A DNA stretch of 64,000 nucleotides from Gammaproteobacteria bacterium (GCA_965277715.1 OZ255836.1:2112001-2176000); one strand, 5' to 3'. Positions 29,767 to 41,026 are shown, counted from the stretch's first letter. A program made the numbers and translations. Notes: generated by a model not told the origin, from the sequence alone.

Positions 29767-29952
29767 GTGTTCTCTGCTGTGTTAGTTAGCTGGCCGGGTA
29801 GTACCCTTGAGCCTAATTAGTTACCCCGGGATCTGGTTGCAAGCTACTGTTGTGCATGTCTGCTACGGCGGAAAGCCTGATGAAGCCCAGCCGTTCCCAC
29901 CTGAACCATTTGGTTCAAGGTCGAACGCTGGCGACGGCACTGCGGAGAACAC
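29767..29952 (+). ncRNA. ssrS: 6S RNA
   Basis: Between zapA and ygfA; ends pair (GTGTTCTCTGCTGTG / CACTGCGGAGAACAC); CCTTGAGCC and TGAACC..GGTTCAAG motifs; about 186 nt. Confidence 0.9.
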
Positions 29953-30010
29953 TTACCCCTCCCCATCACTGTGATAAGCCCACCGTTAGCACGGAGAGAG
30001 CGAAACCACC

Positions 30011-30589
30011 ATGGCAGAAACACCCAATACCTTGCGCCTGCGCAACCGCCAGCGCCGCAGCCAACTCGACGAGACACAACGCCAACAGGCCGCCAGCCGT
30101 CTGTTTGATGCGCTATGCCAACTCGACGAGTACCATCAGGCAAGCCATATCGCCGCCTATTGGTCAGTCAATGGCGAAATAGACCTCAGCCCGCTGATCG
30201 ACCATGCCCTGCAACACAACAAGCACATCTATTTACCCATACTCGACACAGTATCGTTGCGTTTTGCCCCCTATGACAAAAACACCCCCCTGCGTATCAA
30301 CCGCTTTAAACTACCCGAACCCGATGTGAGCGATGCCGTGATGCGCCAGCCCAGCGCGCTCGACCTGGTGTTGGTGCCACTCACCGTGTTCGACCCGGCC
30401 TGCAACCGCATCGGCATGGGCGGGGGCTACTACGACCGCAGCTTTGAATTTCGCCGTACCAGCGACGCCACCCGCCCCATACTGGTAGGTGTCGCGCACG
30501 CGCTACAACGCGTCGACCAGCTACAGCCAGAACCCTGGGATGTGCAGCTTGACGCCGTGGTCACTGACAAACATATTTATGGGGCATAA
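30011..30589 (+). CDS. ygfA: 5-formyltetrahydrofolate cyclo-ligase
   Basis: DLVLVP...FD...NRIGMGGGYYDR and WDV.LD.VVT. Confidence 0.95.
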   Translation: MAETPNTLRLRNRQRRSQLDETQRQQAASRLFDALCQLDEYHQASHIAAYWSVNGEIDLSPLIDHALQHNKHIYLPILDTVSLRFAPYDKNTPLRINRFKLPEPDVSDAVMRQPSALDLVLVPLTVFDPACNRIGMGGGYYDRSFEFRRTSDATRPILVGVAHALQRVDQLQPEPWDVQLDAVVTDKHIYGA

Positions 30590-30614
30590 ATCCACCACCA
30601 CGGGAGCGCTTATC

Positions 30615-31073
30615 GTGAACTATTGGCTGATGAAATCGGAACCCGATGTTTACGGCATCGAACACCTGAAATCCGAACCGAAAAAAACCGATCACTGGGA
30701 CGGGATTCGCAACTACCAGGCGCGCAATATGATGCGCGATGGTATGCGCAAAGGCGACCTTGCCTTTTTTTACCACTCAAACTGCAAGGAGCCAGGGATT
30801 GTCGGTATTATCTCAATTGTGCGTGAAGCCTACCCGGATCACACACAATGGGACCCCAAGGAGAAATACTACGATGCCAAATCGTCACGGGATAACCCGC
30901 GCTGGTTGATGGTCGATGTAAAATACCAACGATTGTTAAAACGCGTTATCACGCTGAATGAATTAAAAACCTACCCACAACTGGCCACCATGCCACTGGT
31001 GCGAAAAGGCAACCGCCTGTCGATCATGCCGGTGAGCGAAGATGAGTGGGGCTTTATTTTGGGGTTGGAGTAG
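30615..31073 (+). CDS. EVE domain protein
   Basis: YWLMKSEP, WDGIRNYQARN, FFYHS and RLSIMPV. Confidence 0.95.
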   Translation: MNYWLMKSEPDVYGIEHLKSEPKKTDHWDGIRNYQARNMMRDGMRKGDLAFFYHSNCKEPGIVGIISIVREAYPDHTQWDPKEKYYDAKSSRDNPRWLMVDVKYQRLLKRVITLNELKTYPQLATMPLVRKGNRLSIMPVSEDEWGFILGLE

Positions 31074-31113
31074 TGGTGTAAACCACCACGACTCCAGATA
31101 GAGAAAAGACTTG

Positions 31114-32109
31114 TCAGGCACTAACTTCTGGTGCAGCGGATTTATAAATATTCGCTTCAAACTCCCTCAAACGTTTATAAATAGACATAAGCTCAACGAT
31201 AGTTCCCCAGGAGTGCACTAAAAATTGAAACGAGTCCTCCACCTTGCCAAATGCCCGTAAAATCTGCTGCACGACACCCAGCGTCACCACGCCTGAAACG
31301 ATGGTTGGCCCTAACATAATGTAGGGCACAATAACGCTGAACTGGATATAGGACCATTTGGCAATATCAAAATACAGATAGTGTTTATACAGGGTGAAAT
31401 AGTTTTTGCGCACATTGGCAAATAATTCGTTACAGGTGGGTGGATCGGCGCGCTCTTCATGGTCCTCGCCGAACACCAGTTCTTTGCGGTAAGCGGCTTC
31501 GACTTTTTGATTGTTATATTCCAACCCCGGTAGTTTGATACCAACAATCGCCAACAACGCTGTACCGACCAGGGCAGAGAGGATTGCCAGAAAGATCAGT
31601 GAGTGTTCGACCGGCCCGATCCACGGCAGCTCGGTGACATTTTCACTCAACACCCACAGTATCGGTAAAAAAGCCACTAACACCATCACCGAACGCATAA
31701 AGCTCACCCCGAGGCTTTCGACGATCCGGGCAAACCGCATCGTGTCTTCCTGCACACGCTGGGCAGCCCCCTCGATATGCCGCAGTTTTTGCCAGTGCGA
31801 CATATAGTAACTGTTCATTGCAGTGCGCCAGCGAAACACATAGTGGCGGACAAAAAATTCCAGGCACACAGCAATCACAATATAAACCGCCGCAATTTCC
31901 ATAAAGGTAAGGCATTTGCCAAGAAACGCTTCAAATGTTACCGCACCCGGCGCACTCAGTGCTTTTTGCAAGGTGTCGTAAAAGTCGCCAAACCATTCGT
32001 TGATTTTTACATCGAGCTGTACTTTGTACCAGGTGGTCACCAGAATGGCGATACTGCCCAATAGTGACCAATGCAACCAACTACGGTTTAGAAAAAATGA
32101 TTTAAACAT
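31114..32109 (-). CDS. SbmA/BacA-like peptide transporter
   Basis: FRWRTAMN.YY, IEGAAQRVQEDTMRFA and NQKVEAAYRKELV. Confidence 0.9.
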   Translation of the reverse strand: MFKSFFLNRSWLHWSLLGSIAILVTTWYKVQLDVKINEWFGDFYDTLQKALSAPGAVTFEAFLGKCLTFMEIAAVYIVIAVCLEFFVRHYVFRWRTAMNSYYMSHWQKLRHIEGAAQRVQEDTMRFARIVESLGVSFMRSVMVLVAFLPILWVLSENVTELPWIGPVEHSLIFLAILSALVGTALLAIVGIKLPGLEYNNQKVEAAYRKELVFGEDHEERADPPTCNELFANVRKNYFTLYKHYLYFDIAKWSYIQFSVIVPYIMLGPTIVSGVVTLGVVQQILRAFGKVEDSFQFLVHSWGTIVELMSIYKRLREFEANIYKSAAPEVSA

Positions 32110-32199
32110 TAAATACGGCTCTCAAATAGGCGACCGTAATGCAGACAGCATAGAGCGTGCCGAGTTGCATTACTAACAACTCACAAAAAAACCAAATTA

Positions 32200-32323
32200 A
32201 TCCAGGTACTAAATTCTCCAATACAGTGCGCATAAGTTGGGATTTTCTCAATCCCTGTTGCGTGGCATGCCACTCCAATGCATTGTTCAGATTATCAGGT
32301 AATTTGATGGACACAGCATTCAT
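32200..32323 (-). pseudogene. Ribbon-helix-helix (CopG-like) DNA-binding gene remnant
   Basis: MNAVSIKLPD.L...L...A...G..KS.LMR..LE pattern; the C-terminus is not credible. Confidence 0.45.
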
Positions 32324-32405
32324 TGAAATTCACCAACAGACAAAAATAGTAGTTTAGTTATTGCAACTAAACTACCAAAGAACCGAAAGGACCCCGACTA
32401 AAAAA

Positions 32406-33920
32406 CTAACGCAAAAACGCCTGATACGCTGGATTATCCGTCTCCTGCCAATAGTTATAGCCAATATCATTGAGAAACGTTTGAAACTTGCTGGTATCCC
32501 CTTTCGGCACTTGCACGCCCACCAACACCCGGCCATAGGCCGAGCCGTGGTTGCGGTAGTGAAATAAGCTGATATTCCAGTCATTCGCCATTTTATTGAG
32601 AAAGGCCGACAGTGCCCCCGGCCTCTCGGGAAATTCAAAGCGGTACAGTTGTTCATTTTCAACCATCGGTGCGTGGCCACCCACCATATAGCGCACATGC
32701 AGCTTGGCCATTTCATCATCGGTTAAATCGAGCACCTGATAACCGCCCTCGCGCAGCGAGGCGACAATCTGTCGGCGCTCTTCGCCGCCATTTTCAAGCT
32801 GCACACCGGCAAATACTTTAGCCGCCTCACTGTCCGCGTAGCGGTAATTAAATTCGGTGATACCGCGCCGCCCCAGCGCCTGGCAAAACCTGCGAAACGC
32901 ACCCGGCTGTTCTGGCAGGGTAACGCACAACAGTGCCTCGCGGTGTTCACCCAGCTCGGCACGCTCGGCGACATGCCGCAAGCGGTCAAAATTGATATTG
33001 GCGCCGCTGGTAATCGCGATCAGGTTTTTACCTGAACAACCACGCTGTTCAACGTATTTCTTTAAACCGGCGACACTCAGTGCGCCCGCTGGCTCTAACA
33101 GTGTGCGGGTGTCGCTAAACACATCCTTGATCGATGCGCACATCTCATCCACCGAACACAAGATAATATCGTCGAGGTATTTTTTACATAATTTATAGGT
33201 TTCTTTGCCGGGCTGTTTCACCGCCACGCCCTCGGCAAAAATGCCCACTTGTTTGAGTGTGCTGCGGCGCCCGCGTTGCAGGGATAAATGCATGGCATTG
33301 GCATCCTCTGGTTCCACGCCAATCACTTTCACCTCGGGGCGCAGGTATTTTAAATAGGTGGCGATACCCGCCGCCAGGCCACCGCCGCCAATCGGGATAA
33401 ACACCGCGTGCAAGTCTTGCGAGTGTTGCATACACAGCTCAACACCGATGGTGCCCTGCCCGGCAATTGTATCCGGGTGATCGAAGGGGTGAATCAATGG
33501 GTAGCCGTATTTCTCGACCAGTGTCAGCGCGTGCTGGTAGGCATCATCGTAGACATCGCCGTGCAACACCGCACGGGCGCCGAGCGCCCGCACGGCATCG
33601 ACTTTTATTTGTGGCGTGGGCCGGGGCATCACAACAATCGATTTTAAATTCAGCTTGCGCGCCGCTAACGCCACCCCTTGAGCATGATTGCCCGCCGAAG
33701 CCGCAACCACACCCTCGATCGATTGCTTTTGCAACAGTTGGTAGATGCGGTTATACGCCCCGCGTGATTTAAATGAAAACACACTCTGCTGGTCTTCGCG
33801 CTTTAGCAATACCGTATTGCCGAGCCGTTTCGACAAGTTCTCCGCCTCGTTGAGTGGCGTTTCCGTGGCGACATCGTAGACACGCGCAGAGAGTATGCGT
33901 TTTATGTAAGGGTCAACCAT
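32406..33920 (-). CDS. ilvA: Threonine ammonia-lyase, biosynthetic
   Basis: LKRED.Q.VFSFKSRGAYN, SAGNHAQG, GGGGL, FNYRY and FEFPERPGAL, LFHYRNHG. Confidence 0.98.
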   Translation of the reverse strand: MVDPYIKRILSARVYDVATETPLNEAENLSKRLGNTVLLKREDQQSVFSFKSRGAYNRIYQLLQKQSIEGVVAASAGNHAQGVALAARKLNLKSIVVMPRPTPQIKVDAVRALGARAVLHGDVYDDAYQHALTLVEKYGYPLIHPFDHPDTIAGQGTIGVELCMQHSQDLHAVFIPIGGGGLAAGIATYLKYLRPEVKVIGVEPEDANAMHLSLQRGRRSTLKQVGIFAEGVAVKQPGKETYKLCKKYLDDIILCSVDEMCASIKDVFSDTRTLLEPAGALSVAGLKKYVEQRGCSGKNLIAITSGANINFDRLRHVAERAELGEHREALLCVTLPEQPGAFRRFCQALGRRGITEFNYRYADSEAAKVFAGVQLENGGEERRQIVASLREGGYQVLDLTDDEMAKLHVRYMVGGHAPMVENEQLYRFEFPERPGALSAFLNKMANDWNISLFHYRNHGSAYGRVLVGVQVPKGDTSKFQTFLNDIGYNYWQETDNPAYQAFLR

Positions 33921-34118
33921 GAGTGTATTGATCGTCAGTGTAGCGGGTGAATAAATCGAGGCGCGCATTGTATGCTGGTGTGCCTGTTGCCGCCACCCGA
34001 CATATTTTTATATTCCTTCATTTGTGTAGAAAACGTATGATCACCTGCCAAATCAGGCGGCATACGTAACACATTCGCAGCCTTTGATACGATTATCCAG
34101 TAAACCCAGGAGCAATTA

Positions 34119-34781
34119 ATGCCCGCCGATGAAATGAAACGCGCTGCCGCCAAAGCGGCAATCCAGTACGTCGAAGACGATACCGTTATCGGTATCGGCA
34201 CAGGCTCTACAGCCAACCACTTTATCGATTTACTCGCCACCATCAAACACCGTATCGATGGCACGGTTGCCAGCTCTGAAGCCAGCGCACAACGGCTGCG
34301 CGACCACGGGATTCGGGTATACGAGTTAAATGCCAGTGGCGATTTATCCCTTTATGTCGATGGCGCCGACGAATCGACCCGGCATCTGCACCTGATAAAA
34401 GGCGGCGGCGGCGCCCTCACCCGTGAAAAAATTGTCGCGGCGGCCAGCAAAAAATTTATCTGCATCGCCGATGACAGTAAGTTAGTCGATACGCTGGGCG
34501 CCTTTCCACTGCCCGTGGAAGTCATCCCGATGGCGCGCAGTTACGTGGCCCGGCAAATGGTGAAGCTCGGTGGTGACCCCGAGCTACGCGAGGGATTTGT
34601 CAGCGACAACGGCAACCTGATTCTGGATGTGCACAACCTGGCCATTCTCGACCCCGTGGCAATGGAAAAGACGATTAACCAGATTGCCGGTGTGGTGACG
34701 GTGGGTTTGTTTGCCCAACGGCCTGCGGATGTATTGATCCTCGGTAAAGAGGACGGCAGCGTTGATATTTTGACTGCGTAG
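34119..34781 (+). CDS. rpiA: Ribose-5-phosphate isomerase A
   Basis: [15 protein letters not shown] and [13 protein letters not shown]. Confidence 0.98.
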   Translation: MPADEMKRAAAKAAIQYVEDDTVIGIGTGSTANHFIDLLATIKHRIDGTVASSEASAQRLRDHGIRVYELNASGDLSLYVDGADESTRHLHLIKGGGGALTREKIVAAASKKFICIADDSKLVDTLGAFPLPVEVIPMARSYVARQMVKLGGDPELREGFVSDNGNLILDVHNLAILDPVAMEKTINQIAGVVTVGLFAQRPADVLILGKEDGSVDILTA

Positions 34782-34799
34782 GCCACAACGACTAACAAT

Positions 34800-34826
34800 A
34801 GGGCAGACACCTTGGCCTGCCCTTTC
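34800..34826. terminator. Hairpin between convergent rpiA and the native aspC 3' end
   Basis: AGGGCAG...CTGCCCT stem followed by TTT. Confidence 0.55.
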
Positions 34827-34961
34827 ACTTGTAGATTTTACGACTCGACAACACGGGCGATGGCTTCACACAAAGCCTCCATATTGGCCTCGGTCATCGC
34901 TGCGACATTAAAGCGCCCCGAATCCACCGCGTATACCGCGTGTTGTTCGCGCATTTTCAAT
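34805..34961 (-). repeat. 157-bp direct repeat copy 1 (duplicated aspC 3' end)
   Basis: Matches 38588-38744 with two substitutions seen. Confidence 0.95.
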
Positions 34962-35697
34962 TTTTCTTGTTCGTGGTCGTATCGCTGTTAGCGCCGAACC
35001 TCTGAGCGTTGGAAAGACGCAATCTTTCTTCCAGCAAACGAATAGAATGATCGCGGTTTTTTAGGGTGTTTTTGTGGCGTTGAATAATTTGGTTATGACG
35101 CGTTAATTCGGCTTCTTTTTCAGCAAGCACTATCAATCATTCAGCAGCCGTTAAGCCGGTGTAATTGCGTTGTTTTTGTTGAATTTCCGATGCCAAAACC
35201 ATCGCGTAATAATACCCAATAACCGTCTAAAGATCATTAAAATCAAACACTTTTTCACCCTTTAGCGGGCTAAAAAAACAGATTCGTAGTGCAATACTTT
35301 GTGGCCTTTCATTGCGGCTAAATCATAGCCATCAAGCAACCAGTTTATTTGCATTCCGGTGAGTGATATGATTTCCTCATCGAGGTTAGGCCACTTAAAT
35401 TGCTCTTCGGCCAAGGCTTTGTAATACAGTACAAAAAAGGGGTTTTATTCTGCCTTGCTTGAATAGTTTTACGGGAACATTTTCGGTGCCAATAGTAAAA
35501 CTGCTTCAAGTTGATGCCGTTATCCTGGCAAAACTTCGCACCACTCAAACCGAATGTTTGCCATTGTTCAATTTGATTGCACCAGTACAACGCACGTTCT
35601 TTATTACGCATATTACACCTAGCGGGTATTGGGTTGCTGTGGTGCAGTGTGAAGGGCGATCAGAGTAATTGGTAGACGCCTATTCTTTGGCGCTTAC
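34962..35697 (-). mobile_element. IS66-family remnant with internal tnpA-tnpB deletion and truncated tnpC
   Basis: GTAAGCG terminus at 35697; homologous to 22529-23476 but lacks roughly 340 bp; tnpC start reads LLEERLRLSNAQRFG. Confidence 0.9.
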
Positions 35698-35982
35698 GGC
35701 GGAATCGGAACTCAGCCAGTATTGATATTCTTTGCGTGCCACCTGTGGATCATACGAACCGGTTTTCACCAGCATCCGAGCAAGGAGCAGAACCATCTCG
35801 GAATCATCGGTTGGCTGACCGGCAATGGTATTCCATGTGCCGCCATCTACCAGCACCCGAACACCATCAGGATAGCTCCGCCGGATCTCATCCGGGGACT
35901 GAAACTCAACCAGACTTCCCAGTGCATCACCGGCAAGCTGGCCAAGCAGTCATCCTTGGGCTCTGGATCGTTTAGTTTCCAA
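35698..35982 (-). pseudogene. ADP-ribosylglycohydrolase (DraG/ARH family) 5' fragment
   Basis: Hand translation: LETKRSRAQG*LLGQLAGDALGSLVEF...GGTWNTIAGQPTDDSEM.L.LA; internal stop; cut by IS66; AGGA Shine-Dalgarno before TTG. Confidence 0.85.
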
Positions 35983-36047
35983 GTTTACGTCTTTCCTCTC
36001 GTGCTATATTTTCCGTCAAAAGCCTCACCATCCATTGGCCACAAAAT

Positions 36048-37928
36048 TCAGGCATTTGAATCCTCAACCACTTCCTCATCCGAGTCTTCAACTGTTGGAG
36101 ACAAGGGCAGTTGCGCTGACATGAAAATCCAGCTTTTCAACCTTTTCTTCAAATATGACCTCCGCGTCTCATAAAATTCCCTGAATGCCTCAAACTCCAA
36201 GCCGATTCCTTCAACAAGTAGATCTTGTGCTCGCAGGTTTACATTCGGGTCATTGAGCCATTCGGACAAAGGCCTGTCGTTCTTTGAGAGATTCTGCGAG
36301 TCGTTGAGCAAGTGAAGATTTGCCATAGAATTCCAATGCCCCGCATCAGAGAAAAATCCAAGTAGTGTCTCGTCACTTTGAAGGAAATTGTGCGACTTGA
36401 GCGCCTTTTTTTCAAAAGCACTACGGGGATGCAGATGGTCAATGTGGAAGACCTCGGTCGAATTCATCTCAGGGAAAAGAAGGTGCAAGAGTGCTCGGCA
36501 ACGCCCCTCTCCATGCTGAATGTCCAGCAGACTTTCAATATAGTCATCATCGAAACGAAGATCCTTGTTGGTGGCTTTATACCGCTCGATGATAGCTTCT
36601 AAAGGAAATGCTGTTTTTTGAATGTTATCCCGTAAAACGTCGCGCATGCTTATCAGAATTGAATCCGCTTGCCCGCCAAAAACTCCTTTGAGCAATGCCA
36701 TGTAAAACCATTGGCTAATCTTCGACCGTTGCTCATGGCACTTGGCCAAGTTATTGATGTCGCGGTATAAAGGCCGACCGCCCTCGTTTTGTTTGTACAA
36801 GTAATAGCAAATAGGAATCACGGCATTTTTGGATGTCAACGACTGTGGATTGATGCCAAGCCGACGCACAAGAAGGAAAGTGGCCTTGATACAGTCTTTT
36901 ATGGATTGCCACTCGGACTGAATTTTCTTCACCTGCTCAGCCTTGAAATTTTTGACCTTGAAGCGGACATCCGCATCAGTAAGCATTAGGCAGGTTTTTA
37001 GAATCCAATCCCGCTCAATATAAAATCCCATGTCAATGCTTTGATGGATATGGTTTGTCAAATTATCGAGCTCTTGACGAAAATCCCCATCCCAGTTTGC
37101 TACAGCGATCGACATCAGTAAGTCTGAAAACTCCAGCTTGGTTCCACCGCTATTGGTTCGAATAAAGACATCGAGTACGTGATCAATCTCCTGACTGGTT
37201 TCATTGAAATAATGGATAATCTTCTGCGCCCTGATCACATCGTAGAGCTGAGAGAGGGTCTCTTGAGCAAATTCGTTATCGGATAAGCCAACAGAGTCAA
37301 GAAAGGGTTTTACGACTTTGTTCAATATCTGACTCCCTCCATCAACCTGTGGAAATTCTAAAATCTTGTGCAAACAGAACCAGTGATGCTCTTTTGGTTC
37401 AGCCAATGAATCCTGATATTGTTTTTCTGTCAGGAACCGGAAATTGTATTTCATTAGCGAATCATCATCGTCTGAAATCACTGGCTGCTTGAGATCGAGA
37501 TACAGCTTTCTCGGCGGCAGTATGTTTTCATCCATGGTACCTGGCCACCAAACCCGAGGCCGCTTATATGCATATGTACTGCACAAACCTATGTACAAGG
37601 ACGTCAGCCTTTGCTGGCCATCGATTATAGCTTTGAAATCTTTGAAGCTGGCGCTGGTCTTTACGTATGGATTCTCTTCATTGAACCTCTGACAGTAATA
37701 CTTCAAAAACTCATAAAATTTATATTCGTTTTTGATGTGGTCGCTTTTGATTTCCCACATCATGAACATGTTGATAGGATATCCGCGCATGATCGAATCG
37801 AACAAAACGCAGATCTGATGACTGCTCCAAACAAACTTTCGCTGAATGGCTGGCAATAGGTAGTCCCGGTTATTTATCGCATCAATCGCTTCCTTGATGC
37901 TAATTGCTTTTTCATATTCACCAGCCAT
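36048..37928 (-). CDS. DUF262 + C-terminal HNH (DUF1524-like) protein; GmrSD/SspE-like defence nuclease
   Basis: LPAIQR.FVW, FDSI.RGYPI, IDGQQRLTS, F.R.NSGGT.L, IDH.HP and NL.LL....N..K. Confidence 0.88.
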   Translation of the reverse strand: MAGEYEKAISIKEAIDAINNRDYLLPAIQRKFVWSSHQICVLFDSIMRGYPINMFMMWEIKSDHIKNEYKFYEFLKYYCQRFNEENPYVKTSASFKDFKAIIDGQQRLTSLYIGLCSTYAYKRPRVWWPGTMDENILPPRKLYLDLKQPVISDDDDSLMKYNFRFLTEKQYQDSLAEPKEHHWFCLHKILEFPQVDGGSQILNKVVKPFLDSVGLSDNEFAQETLSQLYDVIRAQKIIHYFNETSQEIDHVLDVFIRTNSGGTKLEFSDLLMSIAVANWDGDFRQELDNLTNHIHQSIDMGFYIERDWILKTCLMLTDADVRFKVKNFKAEQVKKIQSEWQSIKDCIKATFLLVRRLGINPQSLTSKNAVIPICYYLYKQNEGGRPLYRDINNLAKCHEQRSKISQWFYMALLKGVFGGQADSILISMRDVLRDNIQKTAFPLEAIIERYKATNKDLRFDDDYIESLLDIQHGEGRCRALLHLLFPEMNSTEVFHIDHLHPRSAFEKKALKSHNFLQSDETLLGFFSDAGHWNSMANLHLLNDSQNLSKNDRPLSEWLNDPNVNLRAQDLLVEGIGLEFEAFREFYETRRSYLKKRLKSWIFMSAQLPLSPTVEDSDEEVVEDSNA

Positions 37929-37941
37929 AAATCAGCTCCAA

Positions 37942-38388
37942 TTAGATATCTGTTATCTTTTTACAATTGTTCAAAATCATCTGTTCAGCTTCGTTGCGAG
38001 AGACATTCCATATATCACTCAAGGCAGAGCATACGTCCATTGCTTCCCAAGGCATGATAGGTTTGCCATTCAGAGTGGCAAAAGGTCCGTCGGATTCCGG
38101 CAACACCAATTCGGAAGGGATTCTATAAGTCAGGTCTTTTCCTTTTTTGCTTTTTAGCATCAGTGAATTGACACTGAAGTAACACCTCATTTCGATGGCT
38201 TCTTTCAATTCGGCAATCGATCCGGAAAACCAGTGAAGAATTGGTGTGCCACAACCCGGATACTTTTTGATGACCGACAATATCTTGGAAGCTGCACCTC
38301 TCGAATGAATATGGTTCTCTTTATTGACCCGGGCAAGGATATCGAGCGCGTTTGGGTATAAATCAAGGTGTGTATGCAGATCTATCAT
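37942..38388 (-). pseudogene. qatD: TatD-family nuclease QatD-like, internally deleted
   Basis: MIDLHTHLDLYP, IHSR.A, ILHWFSG and ESDGPF; only 148 aa, lacking the central GE.GLD region. Confidence 0.75.
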
Positions 38389-38500
38389 ATTACCCCTTTC
38401 CCCAGTAATAGTTCTTTAATCTCGCTAAGCCCTCGTGAAAAAAGACACCTTCGAAGTTTTCTCGATTTCGGTGATCGGCAGGGGAATATTCTGCCCTACA
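38385..38500 (-). pseudogene. Possible QatC C-terminal remnant
   Basis: Minus strand ...PLP...RGLSEIKELLLGKGVI* overlapping the qatD start (ATGA). Confidence 0.45.
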
Positions 38501-38587
38501 GGCTCAAGACCTCAGGCACACTCCACCTTCATCCTGCCTTGCTACTTAATGCTTGTACAGACATAAGTAACTGGCAATCAATATACA

Positions 38588-38744
38588 AGACACCTTGGCC
38601 TGCCCTTTCACTTGTAGATTTTACGACTCGACAACACGGGCGACGGCTTCACACAAAGCCTCCATATTGGCCTCGGTCATCGCTGCGACATTAAAACGCC
38701 CCGAATCCACCGCGTATACCGCGTGTTGTTCGCGCATTTTCAAT
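38588..38744 (-). repeat. 157-bp direct repeat copy 2 (current aspC 3' end)
   Basis: Matches 34805-34961. Confidence 0.95.
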
Positions 38745-39817
38745 ACCTGTTGTTTGTTCAGACCCGAAAATGAAAACATGCCGTTTTGCCGTTCGATAAA
38801 ACTAAAATCAGTGCTGACGCCCTTGGCTTTCAAGGTGGCGACAAACAAGTGGCGCATGGTGCGAATACGCTCGCGCATGGTGGTCAGCTCACTCTCCCAC
38901 TCGGCGCGCAATGTGGCGTCATTAAGAATATGTGTCACTACGGCGCTGCCGTGTGCAGGCGGGTTGGAATAAATCACCCGAATAATGCTTTTTAACTGGC
39001 TAAAGGCCGTGGTGGCCACATCGGCGGTTTTGGCGACCAGTGTCATCGCCCCCGTGCGTTCACTGTAAATACCAAAGTTCTTTGAGAACGAGCTGGCAAC
39101 CAGTATTTCATCACAGTGTTGGGTGAAAATGCGCAGGCCCTGAGCATCTTCCTCCAGGCCATTGGCAAACCCTTGATAGGCAAAATCAAACAGCGGTAAC
39201 AAGCCCTTATCTGCGCACAACTTCGCTAACTGTAGCCATTGTTCTGCATCCGGGTCGATGCCTGTCGGGTTGTGGCAACAACCGTGTACTAACACGACAT
39301 CCCCCGCTTTTGCATGGGCCAGATCGGCCAGCGCGGCGGCAAAGTCAATATCTTTGGCATCGGCATCGTAGTATTGATAGCGCGCCGTAGCGAGACCGGC
39401 AGCGGCAAAGATCCCCATATGGTTTGCCCAGGTAGGGTCGCTAACCCATACCGTCACATCGCCCAACTGGCGCTTAATTAATTCCACGGCGATGCGCAGT
39501 GCACCCGTGCCGCCCGGTGCATGGGCCGTTTGTGCGCGTTTCTCAGCAATAAGAGGTGATGCCTCGCCAAACAACAATTTCTGCACAGCCAGCGCATAAT
39601 CTGCCGTGCCCGGAATACTCAAATACGATTTGCTGTTTTCCTTTTCCAGCAGCACAGCCTCGGCCTTCTTTACCGAGGTCAATACCGGCGTATTACCCGT
39701 CTCATCTTTATAAACACCTACACCCAGATTAATTTTTTGCGTGCGTGAATCGCTGTTGAATTCATCGTTGAGGCCCAGAATAGGGTCGGCGGGTGCAGCG
39801 GAGATTTTTTCTAACAT
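38621..39817 (-). CDS. aspC: Aspartate/aromatic amino acid aminotransferase
   Basis: [44 protein letters not shown] and GMFSFSGL. Confidence 0.95.
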   Translation of the reverse strand: MLEKISAAPADPILGLNDEFNSDSRTQKINLGVGVYKDETGNTPVLTSVKKAEAVLLEKENSKSYLSIPGTADYALAVQKLLFGEASPLIAEKRAQTAHAPGGTGALRIAVELIKRQLGDVTVWVSDPTWANHMGIFAAAGLATARYQYYDADAKDIDFAAALADLAHAKAGDVVLVHGCCHNPTGIDPDAEQWLQLAKLCADKGLLPLFDFAYQGFANGLEEDAQGLRIFTQHCDEILVASSFSKNFGIYSERTGAMTLVAKTADVATTAFSQLKSIIRVIYSNPPAHGSAVVTHILNDATLRAEWESELTTMRERIRTMRHLFVATLKAKGVSTDFSFIERQNGMFSFSGLNKQQVLKMREQHAVYAVDSGRFNVAAMTEANMEALCEAVARVVES

Positions 39818-39992
39818 CGTGTTTACCAAAATGAGAAGGGAAGCGTAAGAGTTAAGCATATGCGCTTTTAAACGCGCAGGCGATTTTACACGGGAGTCAG
39901 CGCGATTGGCAGTATACTCGCTAGAAATTTTACGTTTATCGGGGGATAATTCGACGCAACAAACCCCCTTCTCATCTAAACAGGATCCCGCT

Positions 39993-40967
39993 ATGACACA
40001 CGCTATTCGCATCCACGAAACCGGCGACGCCGAACAACTCAGTTGGGATGAAATCAGCGTTGCAGCGCCGGAAAAAGGCCAGGTGCGCGTGCGGCAAACG
40101 GCTATTGGGTTAAATTTTATCGATGTGTATATGCGCTCGGGTTTATACCCACTGTCACAGTTTCCTGCGGTGCTGGGCATGGAGGCGGCGGGGGTTGTCG
40201 AAGCGCTTGGTGAAGCGGTTGATACTGTATCGGTAGGGGATCGTGTGGCTTATTGTATGGTGCCGGGCGCTTACGCAGAATCCCGCCTGGTAGCGGCTGA
40301 AAAACTGTTAAAACTGCCCGATAGCATCGACGACCAGACCGCGGCCGCGATGATGTTAAAAGGCTTAACCGCACACTACCTCTTATACCGTTCTTACCCC
40401 GTTAAAGCCGGGGATACAATTCTGGTATTGGCCGCCGCTGGTGGTGTTGGCCTGATTTTGTGCCAGTGGGCCAAACACCTCGGCGCAACGGTAATCGCCT
40501 GTGTCGGCTCCGCAGAAAAGGCGGCGTTGGCACGGGCTAATGGGGCTGATCACACCATTCTCTACCGCGATGAAAATATCGCCGAACGGGTGCGCGAGAT
40601 AACCAACGGCGAAGGGGTAGCGGTCTCCTATGATTCGATTGGCCAGTCAACCTTTGAAGCCTCGCTCGATTCGCTGCGCCCCTTTGGTGTGTTAGTGACC
40701 TACGGCAACGCCTCTGGGCCGGTTGAAGCGTTCAACCCCGGCATCCTGGCCCCCAAAGGTTCGCTGTATGTCACCCGCCCAACACTGGCAACACACACCG
40801 CGACGCGTGAGCTGTTGGAAGAGGGGGCGAATCGTTTATTTGATGTGGTCGGCAGGGGTATTGTGAAAATTGCTGTCAACCAGACCTATTCATTGGCAGA
40901 CACTGCACAGGCGCACCGGGATCTTGAGGCGCGGGTGACCACGGGTTCTACGGTGTTACTGCCGTAG
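39993..40967 (+). CDS. qor: NADPH:quinone oxidoreductase (MDR family)
   Basis: [36 protein letters not shown] and GSL..TRP. Confidence 0.93.
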   Translation: MTHAIRIHETGDAEQLSWDEISVAAPEKGQVRVRQTAIGLNFIDVYMRSGLYPLSQFPAVLGMEAAGVVEALGEAVDTVSVGDRVAYCMVPGAYAESRLVAAEKLLKLPDSIDDQTAAAMMLKGLTAHYLLYRSYPVKAGDTILVLAAAGGVGLILCQWAKHLGATVIACVGSAEKAALARANGADHTILYRDENIAERVREITNGEGVAVSYDSIGQSTFEASLDSLRPFGVLVTYGNASGPVEAFNPGILAPKGSLYVTRPTLATHTATRELLEEGANRLFDVVGRGIVKIAVNQTYSLADTAQAHRDLEARVTTGSTVLLP

Positions 40968-41026
40968 CTGTGAAGATAAGTAAGGCGGTTATCAAGCAGG
41001 CACATAACGACGAAAAGTAGTTGCAA

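Noticed and set aside
35722-36174. 150-aa plus-strand ORF
   Set aside because: Antisense to the ADP-ribosylglycohydrolase pseudogene and the DUF262 3' end
39818-40180. Long N-terminal extension of aspC in the ORF track (similar extensions on hyuB, the HAD gene, the EVE gene and the PRT gene)
   Set aside because: The extensions overlap neighbouring genes, terminators or repeats; family similarity begins at the later starts used here
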